A stretch of 64,000 nucleotides of DNA from Bispira polyomma. Taxonomy: Eukaryota. The stretch covers positions 35,836,001-35,900,000 of the forward strand of contig OZ287759.1 in the NCBI GenBank assembly GCA_965649765.1. Direction: 5' to 3'. The notes beneath the pieces were generated by a model, which worked only from the letters and a program-made list of their open reading frames with translations, had not been told where the DNA came from and ran no database searches. Positions 25,601 to 37,410 of the stretch are shown piece after piece (positions within the stretch are counted from its first letter, which is position 1; every line of letters starts with the position of its first letter). A program made the position numbers and the translations under genes.

Positions 25601-28180
25601 CTATATCACCAGTGATGACCTTAAGCCTAACTTAGTAAGGCTGACAATCTCCATTAAAGAAAACTACCATTTAACCTTTTTCTGACTCCATCCCTTGTGT
25701 CAAGTACATATTTTCTTTGATATTTGCCCAGTACAAGTAAGAGTAAGTGAATCAATAATAAACCTTGTTTTTAATGACCTGTAAGTGTGGGAATGGGTTG
25801 TTTTTGTGTAATAATTGATGACCTGGTCCCATCTGGTATTGTGCTGACAATTTCCTTAGGTATAAATATTGTCCCCAGTGTGTGACACTTTCAAGCACCT
25901 ATCACAACAGGACATCATCTGAATACAAATGACTTCATTAATTACTTATATCAGCTCAAACTTCAATGAATTGCACTGAATTAAGTCAATTTGTGGCACA
26001 TTTCATACTAAGTGGATCTAGTCTTTCAAATTATATAAAAGAAAAAGCACTTTACCTCGTGTCATTATAAATTAACCCCATTAGCAAACACATGCCAAGT
26101 TACTTTAGAATATTTTTATAAAGGTAAGCATTTAACTTTTTAAAGGTAAGTTCTGTAAGTCATTTTCAAACACAAATCACTAAAACTCTTTGTGGTACTG
26201 GGAGATTTTAAAATTCCTGTTAATTTTTACTATGAAGTGAATATGTTTTTACTCTGATTCTGGCCATAATACTGCTAAATTTGATCTACCAACATTTTGC
26301 TTATTGTTTACTTTGTGTCTGGCTTTACAATTTTGTTGGTACTCTTTTGAAGATGCCGTAAATACAATACCCAACATAATTCCCATTTATTGTCACATTT
26401 TTTTAACCTTTTTTTAAATTTATATATACATATACCAAATTTCATAAGCTATAACTTGTATGTGAATGTTACACTAAGTTCAACAGTGTAAATATTAGCT
26501 AATTTTATGAAAGTTATACCGTTTATTCCATCCTAAGTGTACCTCTAGCTTCTGTTCCAATATATAATGATCAATGTGACCTTGCAGAAATACCACTTAC
26601 TTTTTCTAGTATTTCAGTTGACTGGCTTTTCACATATAATAGGTGGATCGCAAAAGGGAAACCCTATGTGTATTCTTAGTAAAGCCTATTTCAGACCTGT
26701 GTTCTTGCCTTGCAGCTAATTATGCTAATAATATAAAGTAGTTAAAGAAAAAATACCAAGCTATCCCACTCATATTCAGAAATGAAAATTTTTATGCAAA
26801 TGTAAGAGTGACTATGCCAATAACTATCACTTATTTTAGAGTAAGGAATCTATCGTGTATCTGAAATTTGCCACCAAGAAAATGTTGTGTTTTGCGTAGA
26901 GTTGTGGGCAAATATTTGCTGAAATTGAGATTTTGTAACTATTTTGCCTTACTTCCCAAAAATCAAGCTATCCCCCCCCCCAACAAACAATCTGATAATA
27001 AAGAACCTGATTCAAATTTAACTATCCCATATTGTGTGTGCATACATAGTGCATATATGACCCCTTTAATCGCCTGGGCTTGTTAACATTTAGGTGATAC
27101 AGTGCCATTCTTGTCTAATATACCCATTTTGGGGCTGGAATTATTGCATAATTCCCTCTGCTTTGAGTCATCTCACTTTACTTTGACAATGATAACAATA
27201 AACATCAAAGCTGGCCTTGTAAAGAGATATTAACAGAGTGAACTACTTGTGTATCCTTTGATACCCTTTTCCCTACTCATATCATTCAGGTTTCTCCCTG
27301 ATAGGTAGTAAAGAGAGTCCTGTTGAACAGCCTCTTCAAATGGGAGAACGTTAAGCTGGTCACAACAACTTTTCTCACCATTTTTGCAAAGGGCCACTTT
27401 TGTCACTGCACGTTTTTGCAAGAGGCCACTTTCGTCAGCACCATTTTTATGCATTTTTCCACATTAATTTGAAAAAAAATCTGCGGTGACGAAAGTGGCC
27501 CCTTGCAAAAATGGTACTGATAAAGCTTATTGATACAATTTTGAATTTGTTTTGTTTACTGCCATGTTTAGAGGAAGGTGGTACATAGGTTATCGAAACA
27601 TGCTAATTGTCGAACATCGAAAGCTTAGTCAAATTCCTAACAAACACTATATATTAGGTCCGGGATGGCATGAGGTGTACTTACTGTGATATTTCAAACA
27701 ATGAAGTTAGCTGAATAACCGATTAGAGGTCGATCATCAGTTGGGAAAAAAAATCGATTAATCAACCTGGAAAAGACCCGACCAATTCACAATACTAATA
27801 AAAGTACTGGTGACGTAAGCGACTGTGACGAAAGTGAACACATTCCTCCAAATCATCAGTTCTCGTAAAAGCTCCCCCCCCCTCCCTCCTCCTCTTATCA
27901 TTTGCTCTTCTCTGCCATTTAGAGATTATAATTAAACCCCTTTCCTTGTTTGATCATTTATCAACAGATTTATATATTTACACACTGTTGGCCTAAACCA
28001 TCTCAGTAATATATATGTGTATAAAAGATAAGTACACTTCTATACATAATGGCCATTTTCTAGTTTCAAAATATAATTGCACACATTGCAAGTATATGAC
28101 AGTGTTCTGGAGGAGCACTCTTCAGTTTGGGTTATTACGCACTGAGCTAACCCCTCCAAAACACCCTTCTTCAACTTGTA

Positions 28181-28389
28181 GAGTAAGGAATAGAAAATTC
28201 GACACCTAGAAAATGTTGTGTTTTTGGTAGAAAGGTGGGTAATATTTTCTGAAATTGAGATTTTTGAGATTACTTTGCCTTGCTTACCTAAATTCCATGT
28301 ACTTTTTGACCAGTTTTTATTGATTTGGCTTAAATTTTAGGGGTTGACAAATTTCATATGCAGTGTGGCAAATTGTAGATTCCTTACTG
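28181..28389. mobile_element. TA-flanked MITE family D (.AGTAAGGAATCTA.AATT.GCCAC)
   Basis: ta|GAGTAAGGAA...GATTCCTTACTG|ta. Other copies at 45005-45224, about 26840-26960 and 16385-16590. Confidence 0.75.
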
Positions 28390-28815
28390 TAACTGTTATT
28401 ATTATTGAGGAATATCAAGGCAACAAACATGCTATAGCAAAGAATTACACAGTCCAAGATGACAAGGAGACAAAACACATGTAGTACCTAATACGATAAT
28501 AGGTGGTGATTTAAATTACTATTTACGTTCTCTCTCCAAAGGGTTTTCAGTACAAGTGACAACCCAGCTGAGATAATTATATTATGTGTAAAGTATGTTG
28601 AGATGATTATTGTACAATTGATTTGATATTTACCCTTGATGCACTCATTATAAGACAAGACATAACATAGGGGGACATATTAAACATGGACCACATAACA
28701 ATTCATTCAAATAGAGAAATTATAGGATTAAAATAAAATTTTTAGAATTTCAAACACTCGCATCGCTCAGTGGTAAAAACGACTACATTACAGCTATACC
28801 ACTATCATAACTACT

Positions 28816-29072
28816 GGGGCCACGGTGGCCTAGTGGTTAGCAAGCATTGCGCTTCACAATCACTGGTCTCTCACCTCTGGGCGGCGTGAGTTCGACTCCC
28901 GTCGATGCCTATGTGGGAAAGGTGGTAGTTCCTTACTGTGGGCCGCTGGTTTCTCTGCAGAACCTTGACCGACTGTATGCAGTGTTTCCTCCAGCGTTTC
29001 CAACTACCCGTCCCAATATAACCTACTAAAAGGTACTAGAGTGGACGTTAAATATCCAAATTCAAATTCAAA
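28816..29072 (+). mobile_element. Young tRNA-derived SINE, full length (copy 2)
   Basis: Near-identical to copy 1. Perfect 12-bp TSD atcataactact at 28804-28815 and 29073-29084. Confidence 0.93.
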
Positions 29073-29843
29073 ATCATAACTACTTCAGCTACTTGGAAAC
29101 GAAGGAATTTGTTCACCTTTAACTTAAACATCAAACAGACGCTTCTGTTAAATAAAGACACAATTTAAATGTTCTCTGTATTTAAACAAATAAAACATAC
29201 ACATACAGGGCTTTATATTATATATTTATAAATATACTTATAAGTAGAAGTTTTCACCTTGGGATAAAAATGTTTACTTATTTATTTGCACAATATGCAG
29301 CTTGAACATTGTAAATTGATCTCAGATAAAAATTCAAAATTTGCATTTGATGTTAATATCAAGTTATAAGCAAAGATGGTAAGCAATGAGAATCTTATGA
29401 AAGTCAGTAGCAGCTCAAATATTGAAAGAAATTTTAGAATTCACTGGACCAGGCCATAGCCATGTTGGATTTTTGGTGTATGAATACAGAACGCTAGACC
29501 GTAAGGAATAAACACAAACCTTTCATTATATTACTGGAATAGGAGCAAGAACCACTTATACAACATAGTCGCTCCCTGTCAAATGAACTTGACAGCTTTA
29601 AGGTCATGTGACCTAATATTGGCGGGAAGACGGACTCAACTGTAACCCATTGGCCTGGTTAATGGTACTTTAATATACCTCAAAAATCGCATCTCTGCAT
29701 CGGCCAATGAGTTTGGATAGCTCCAACATATAGAGCCAGTGTCAGAAAATGGTATTTCGCTATATAAAATCTAAAATTTAGTCCAAATTACTTCTTATAT
29801 ACAGTGTTAAATGTAAGACCCGCTTGTGATCATTCTCTCTCAC

Positions 29844-29936
29844 CTTGACATTGAAGCCGAAACGCCCCTGTGCATCTGGTTTCATTTTGATAGTGACTAG
29901 ACCTTGTGAATCTGATGAGTAGGCATTTCCATTGGG
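29844..29936 (-). CDS. PTPN4: PTPN4-like exon, start of PDZ domain: PNGNAYSSDSQGLVTIKMKPDAQGRFGFNVK
   Basis: 93 nt, ttttag|CCC...AAG|gtgaga, phase 0/0. LV.I.MKPD..GRFGFNVK is the PTPN4 PDZ carboxylate-binding loop. Confidence 0.96.
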
Positions 29937-32672
29937 CTAAAAATAAAAAACACAGGCAAAAAAACTATATGAGGTGTAAAAAGAAGAAGAAAAGAAACCA
30001 TTTGAATGTCACATTAAAGGTAAGGGTGGAATGAGCGGTCAGTTAATCCCCAAAAGAGTGGTTCGGCTTGTGGCCCGAGTTGAAAACGGGCAGCCGTCTT
30101 ACTCGCTCAGTTTACTTCTGACACACATACAATACATTAAACATAAACTTATATATATAATTAGACATCAAAACTTACTATTTTCCCCAATAACCACACC
30201 ACCCCTCTCTTTAGTATTTACAATTTATATTTCTTACAGTTGTCAGAAAGCAGTAAAACAACGACCTCATTTTGGTTAGGGATAAAAATTTTTAGCGAGT
30301 ACTCAGTACCGAATCGCAAATCACCTAGCGAGTACCCGGGCCAATATTCCGGATGGCTTACAGCCTTTATTAAAACACATTCCAGTCTGCCCTTTTTGGG
30401 GCAGACCTATTGACAAATATAAGTCGTGAAAATTTTGTTCACCTTTTTTTGGTAATATACAGAAACATGACAATCATTGGGATAGGTAGAGGATTGTTTG
30501 GTTTATAGATCACGTATCTACCATGCCCAAAATTTGTGTGAAGTTATCTCAACATTAATATTACCATATATATGTATGCATATAGTCAACTTGATTATCT
30601 ATACATACAACATTCCCTGCGATTAATGAACAGTACTTGACACAGGAATTTAATAGAGTATCAAGTATCACACAAGAAGAACTCCATTTACAAAGCATCT
30701 TCTCTTTTTTATCACATTAATTGAAATAGAAAACCTTCTTTGTGACTCAACATAGAAATCTCTTTCTGAGTGAATGAATCTTTGGGATCATATTCACAAA
30801 CGGTCTTAGACTCTTGACTTAGACCTAAGCTTAACATTTATGTCTAAAATATTTAAGACTGTCTACTGTTAGTCTTAGTGTTCAGAATAAAGTTAACATT
30901 ATAACTAGAGATTGTTTCTTACTATCACTAAGACCGACAAGACCAAAATCTTAAGGTGAAGACTAAGTTAAGACTCTGGGATTTCTCGTAAATACAGCCC
31001 AAGTATTCCTTAATATACAAACCTTTTTTAATCATATACCGGTTCCGCTCTCGGAAGCGCCCAGGGGCAAAAACGACAAAAATTCAAATAAGTTGGGGGT
31101 GGGCGTTTGCGAGAATGGGTCATTACGCGAACTAATTTTTCGCTTCGATCCGTATAAACACTATAAAATGACATAAAATATATCAAAATCACCTACCGGT
31201 ATTTAGGTATTTTAAGGGGGAAAGTGTAAATTATTCAAAACGTACTGTATTTGTTTTTTGTCATATACATACACGTACACAATTTTGTTTTCAAGCCCAC
31301 TGACATTTTCCTCTTTGTATATTTCAATCTGGTTTTAATTGATGCTGTCTTTTCTACAGAAGGACCATATTTAGTTCATCTGACCTTTCATACCTGCCCA
31401 GCACCACACGAAAAAAACACATTGCCACAATTGAGATACACCCCTCATTCAGAAAAACTATTCATTCCATTCAAAGATATCAATCAAATTAAAGAAAAAG
31501 CTGGTGAGCTGACAGAAAAAGAAGTTTTCCTCCATCCATTAATAGAGGTCACCCAACAAACCAGGCTAATAATTATACACAGAGCTCTGCCTTATTTCAT
31601 TTTAATCAGGCGCAGCCTGATATTGTTTTCATTCTGAAAAGGGCACTGCCATCTTAGAAAATATATAAGGCCTTCATAGATTGGTTGGAAGCAGTCTTAA
31701 CCTGGCCAAACTGATGGGTGTCAGATTTATTGTTATCAGGCAAAGCCTGGGGCCTGAGTATACAGTGGCCACATCAATGTTAGTATATTTCACACTGTGT
31801 CTTTTTTAAAAGACAACTCTTGTTCCTCTTTCTGTTTTTTACCTTGTAAAGTAACTTGACGGGTGGAATATTTAATAAACAACGATAACAAATCTGACAA
31901 TTTATATTTTCGACATTAGACACAAAGGAGAAACAAAGTGAATGACTAAAAAGAAGTAGTGGGAGTTTTCACTCGGAAATTACACACCAAATGTCAACTT
32001 TCTTTTGTGGCCAAAAATGATGTAGGACCTTTAACCACAGGACCTAAAACCCGTCAGAAGAAACGGGTAAATGTGTACAAACTGTAAAGGTCCCTAAGAC
32101 GTTAAAAAGAGAAAACAGCAGCTGTCTCACCATGCGTTTTTTTTTTTTGTACTGAATATCTTCACATGTTCAACTCTCTCTAATCTTAGTCTAATATACC
32201 CTGTTCTATCTTATACTGTAACAAGATCAGCAAACAGAACAAATTTTACAGACAAACAATTGTGTAGCAATAGTTTTCATAATTATATACATGTAGTTAG
32301 CAATTTTATACTGCAAAACGATCAGCAAATAGTGTCCCGCTTTTTCTTTTATCTTTTGCGTGCAAGGAAGAGATCTAAGATCTGACTAGATATTCCAGTT
32401 CCTCACTTAAAGCTCTATCAAAATTAATGGTAAGAAGTATAGGCTATTACTATTGATAAGGAAATCTATTGGCAAGATTTTTTTAAAAATTTTTTTGATA
32501 GATACAACCCACCTGATATATTATTATTACACAAAGGTATTAACAGGAAAGTGGTAAATTCTTATTTTTTGTTCCCCAATAAGAAAAGTTTAATTTGTGA
32601 CTTCAACTTTGGTTTAGGAACAATTGCCCTCTGAAACTACGCATGTCTTATAGTACACACTGCATGCATCTG

Positions 32673-32914
32673 GGCTGGTATTCTCGAACGTATACTCAGC
32701 TCAAACTCATACTCAACTCAAATCTGGATTCTCTATAACTCTGGATACAGCAAAGATAACCAAAATCTGACTTCATATTTGAATTCAGGGTTAAAAGCTC
32801 TATTAAAATCAATGGTCACAAGTATAGGTTATTTCCATGTACAATGATTTTCACATAGCTTGTATTTGAGTTGAGTATGAGTTTAAGCTGAGTATACGTT
32901 CGAGAATACGGCCC
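32673..32914. mobile_element. Harbinger-like MITE with long TIRs
   Basis: About 50-bp TIRs GTATTCTCGAACGTATACTCAGCT.AAACTCATACTCAACTCAAAT, with CTG on both flanks. Decayed relatives near 32380-32460 and 57900-58030. Confidence 0.85.
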
Positions 32915-33978
32915 CTGAGTTTTACTTTAAAAGTTATTTACATTTTTATCACCAATTACCAAAACTTATTTTCCTTCTTTTGGTCTTCTTCAATGGTCTA
33001 TACACTGCTTGCCTGGTAGTTTTACAGGTTAAAATTATTTTTATGGATTTATATTACATGTATAGCAGTAGTAAATGCATATATTTCTTTTTTACCTTAG
33101 TCTTAAGACATTTTATGTGCCTTGTGTATTATTCTAAACTTCAAAAACTTAATTGTTCAAATTTTAAGCGAACAGAGCAAGTGGCACGCAGATAATCTTT
33201 AAGAAAGTCCTTTTATTTTTGGTATGGCAGGTATGTAGGTGCATGTTTAATTCTATGTGATAAATTAGTAATTTATAGTAATTCAATACTTAAATTATTT
33301 GAATTAAAAAGCTGCACAAAGGAAGCCACAACAAAAACAATACTGAATGTTTTTGTTTAACATAAAAGTTCAGATAATAGAGGTTCTAGACTACTAAATG
33401 ATAACTTTATATAACACGGGTACACAGTCACTTATTTAACAATATTAACAACTAAACTGTCACACGTTAAACTAATTTACAAACCATGTTTATAAATATT
33501 TGTTTATACTTAATTCTCAAGAAAAACGCATACGGTAATATTTACTGAAGTTCTCCTTGTTAAAAAGCTTTAGTTTTTTTTTGATAACAGAAATCTTTTT
33601 AGTGGTTCTGAAAAGATTTTACAGTCGGATTCACATACTTTCAAGGCATTACACCCAAAACAACTTGCAATTTGAGAAGCTTTAAGGAAGCATTTAAACT
33701 TGGGACATATAAGATTGAATCTGATATCAGACAAGATTATATAATATATCTCAATTGTATAATGTTTAAAGTACACAAAATTAATTAATTAATTGTGTTA
33801 ACTTTATTTAAAGTCCTAAACATTTCTAGTGAACACAAAATAAATATCTGAATGTAGATAAAAAATTAAAAGGGTTGTCTATGCAATGTGAGACTTAAAG
33901 ATTAATCAACCTTTATAACACAAGGACATCAGAATTTACAGAAAGTAATTCACACATTTTCACAGGACTATTATTCTA

Positions 33979-34177
33979 GGTTTCCATATTGGCAATGGGC
34001 GACAGCAATCAAGCGACGGCAATCCACAATTTTTAGGTTTTCGCCACCAGAAGCGAAAAAATTGCCTTGCATTGCCTGCCAACTATCAGCATTGTTTACA
34101 TTGAAACAACAGATACTTCTAAATCAATCAAATTGCCATCGGCTGAGGTGCCTCAGAAAATTGCCTACATGGAAACA
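33979..34177. mobile_element. Probable MITE
   Basis: Inverted termini GTTTCCATATTGGCAAT / ATTGCCTACATGGAAAC, with internal GGCAA/TTGCC repeats. Confidence 0.55.
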
Positions 34178-35289
34178 TCAACTTAGTCTCTCTATGTTTC
34201 TTTTATATGTTCTCAATGAAAGAAACTGATCAAGTTACCAAATTTACACAGAATTTATTAAGTAATGAACTGAGCCTGTTTTTAGCACAGTAAAGACTTC
34301 ACGGGCCAGGACAAAAGAAATTCCATTTGGGTTTCCCAAAAAGTGCCTTCAACTGTAAAAAGTGAATATCATTAACTTGACTGAACAATAATCACTTCTT
34401 TCACTAACGTCCCCCCCCCCCCTCATCTTCATTTTCTAAAAAGCCCCTGAAGACATAATACTATAAATATATTCATTCTTACAAAGTTATGACAAAGTTT
34501 GCTAAAGCCTGATCTAAATATGAAAGAATGGTTTTCCTTACACAGAGCTGAATATTGACAGACATTTATATTGTGACCAAATATGAGCTTGGTGTTGGTA
34601 TATGTATAGTCTTCTTCTTTGAACCATTTTAGCAAAGTATGGTTGTTTCAACAAATGACATGAAAGATATAAATTACGCCATAAAGATTAAAAAGATAAG
34701 AGGCTATTTGATAATTTGGCCCACAGGCTATTAAACATACCTATATTATGCCGGCTATTATACTTACCAGTATATACTTAAGACTACAACCACATCGGAA
34801 ACTGATTTATAATGTGATTTCTGTGTCTATAAAGTTTAAACCCTATTAACTTTGAACCTCATAGGACTTACAAGGTATTCTAGTTAATATAGGGTAAAGA
34901 TTAATGGAAATGACAGATTCAACTCCATATTTCACAAAATGTTTGAGGAAAAAGAGTTTCCACTACAGTGGGAGCTACAACAATGCTAAATATACTTAAT
35001 CCCACAAACTATGTAACTGCTAGCACACATATACTGCTGTTTGAATTAGAATTGGAATTTAGTAGGGATTTCTGTCACTTTCAACAACAAGGTCATATTG
35101 CAATGGGCAGATTCAATGGTTAAAGAAACCAATGGTCAAAAGCCACTGTAAACCACTGTAAACCACTGACCTTCTAACCACCCAAAGGCCATTACAACCC
35201 ACCACACAATGCTATATATATTATGCCCTAAACTTCTATTATGCTCCGACTTATTTCAATAAATTTCTTGTAATTTTTTTTAAACTTAC

Positions 35290-37410
35290 AATGACTCGGC
35301 CAGCAGTCAATACTGCATCTCTGAGCATATTGTGACTTGGAAAGATGCCACAGTTTTTGACCTCTCTGTACATTTTGGGCTTTAGTTGACCTATTTGACC
35401 TGTGGTGTAGTATTCCATACAACAATCCTGTAGCTGTAGTTTAATGTCAGTATCATCTCCACCACCAGCTGAACTACACACTGAAGAAGAACCACTGGCA
35501 AATGTCCTCTTGTTCTTACAAGACGGAGAATGGATGAAATTGATAGGTTTTTGGGGCTTGGCGTAGATTCCAAACACTGTCCCTTCACCGATGTCATACT
35601 GCCTTAGCCTGACACACCCTGAACATGTGTCTGTCGTGTCAAGGTCAGCGTCCACACAGGTGTCCTTGACTGCTGCATATTTAGAGGAGGAAGACGACAA
35701 TACAGAGGTGGGAGGAGTCTGTTGATGGACGACGTTGGGGTGGTTCTTAATGACAGTAAACACCTCAGTCATATGATGCCTTTCATCCTCCTCAACTTGA
35801 CTAGGACTACAGAAAGTAGTTGTAACGTTGCTTCTCACATCAGATGAGCAGCTTTTACTCCGTCTCTTCAGGGCAATGTTATTCTCCCCACTAGAGGTGG
35901 AGTCAGAGTCACCACTACTATTATCTACCACCACAGTCTTCACGGGACGTTCTCTGGACCTGGCATTGCGGTGTCTTTGAGCTAAATGTGACCTTGAACT
36001 TGGCCTTGACAACCTTCCACCGAGGTCGCCTGAACGCTGCTGCTGTAAGTCTTGAAGGTACAGGTTGCTACAGATACTCGATCCGCCAGCCGATTGGCTC
36101 TTTGTGTTATGGTCTAATACTTGTAAGATCTGGTCAAAGTTTTTGCTACTAATTCGAACCCAGTTTTCGCCCTGTTTATGCAACGTATCCCCTGACTCGG
36201 TAACCACTGGGATCTGTCTCCTCTTTGCCTTCCTTACATGTACAGTTTTGTGGGCCTGTTCAGAATAATCAGGCAAATGTGTGTGGGCCGGTTCAGAATA
36301 ATTAGGCAAATGTTTATGGGCCTGTTCAGAATAATCAGGCAAATGTTTATGGGCCTGTTCAGAATAATCAGGCAAATGTTTATGGGCCTGTTCAAAATAA
36401 TCAGGCAAATGTTTGTGGGCCTGTTCAGAATAATCAGGCAAATTTTTATGGGCTTGTTCAGATCTACCGGAGACACTAGACTTGAGTGCGATGTTGGTGG
36501 ACTCTTTGGTCTGTTTCTGACTGAAGTCAATCTTCTCTATAGCATACTTAGGAGAAACTGACTTACAAGATGCCTGTAATACTGCTGCATCTGGCCCTGA
36601 ATCAAAGTAGTTCCCTCTATAATCTAGGGAAGGAGAGGTTTTAGTGGTCGAGAAGGAGCGTAACTTGACATGGCCCGGTGACTGAGGGAGGACACGGATC
36701 ATAGTCGGTGGCACATCGCGTCTATAGGATTCTCTACTTAACGGAGAAGTCATCAACTTCCTGTTTTCTTCGGAAACACTCGTCGACCTTGCACTGTCAG
36801 AACTCAGTGTTCGCTGATGGGGACGAAGTATACGATTGTCTGTCACGTGACTAGAATTATTCCAACCTTCAGTGTAACGATCTGCCACTCTAAACTGTTC
36901 CGGGTTTTCTGCACTGGAGCGGCGGTAATTCGCATTGTCCTTCTTTGTAAAGAATGGTTTGTATTTTGGAAAATTGATCGGCAACTTTGAATCTGTCTGA
37001 TCTTTCCCCTCCACATGCTCATGAAAGCCAGACTTTGTTTTCCTGCCTAGAACAGGGCTGGATGTAGCCAAAACGCGGCCACAATTAAAATCCCGATTTC
37101 GAAATCCATGGCCCACAATGGGACTTGGTGGTGGTGGTGGCTGGTGTGAGTGTACGGAGGAGGAGGGATGATGAGCATGAGACACCACATCTGCTGGCTG
37201 ATGATGAACTATCCTTGGCACTGGCTGGTCTGGAGGAGGAGGTAACACCAACGCATTCTCCCTGGCAACGAATCCAGGACTGGGTGGATCTGATCTGGAT
37301 CTATTGGATGAGTTTCCATCCCAGTCGGACTCGTAACAACTGTCTTGCGACATACTCATTGTGTTGTGTAGTAGTGGGCCTGTGCTGTCTGTCACTACCA
37401 AGTTATACAT
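35290..37410 (-). CDS. Large intronic exon (707 codons), candidate alternative N-terminus or cassette of the PTPN4-like gene
   Basis: 719-aa ORF 35251..37410 on the host strand with coding-like GC content and an in-frame 33-bp repeat. Consensus donor ATT|GTAAGT at 35290/35289 in phase 0, matching the phase-0 PDZ exon at 29936. Confidence 0.75.
36247..36462 (-). repeat. Coding minisatellite, 33-bp unit x6.5 (SEQAHKHLPDY)
   Basis: Direct reading. The unit length is a multiple of 3 and the array is in frame within the 719-aa ORF. Confidence 0.95.

Noticed and set aside
36234-36561. Overlapping ORFs IILNRPINICL / GLFRIIRQMF repeats
   Set aside because: Alternative-frame and antisense shadows of the 33-bp coding repeat.
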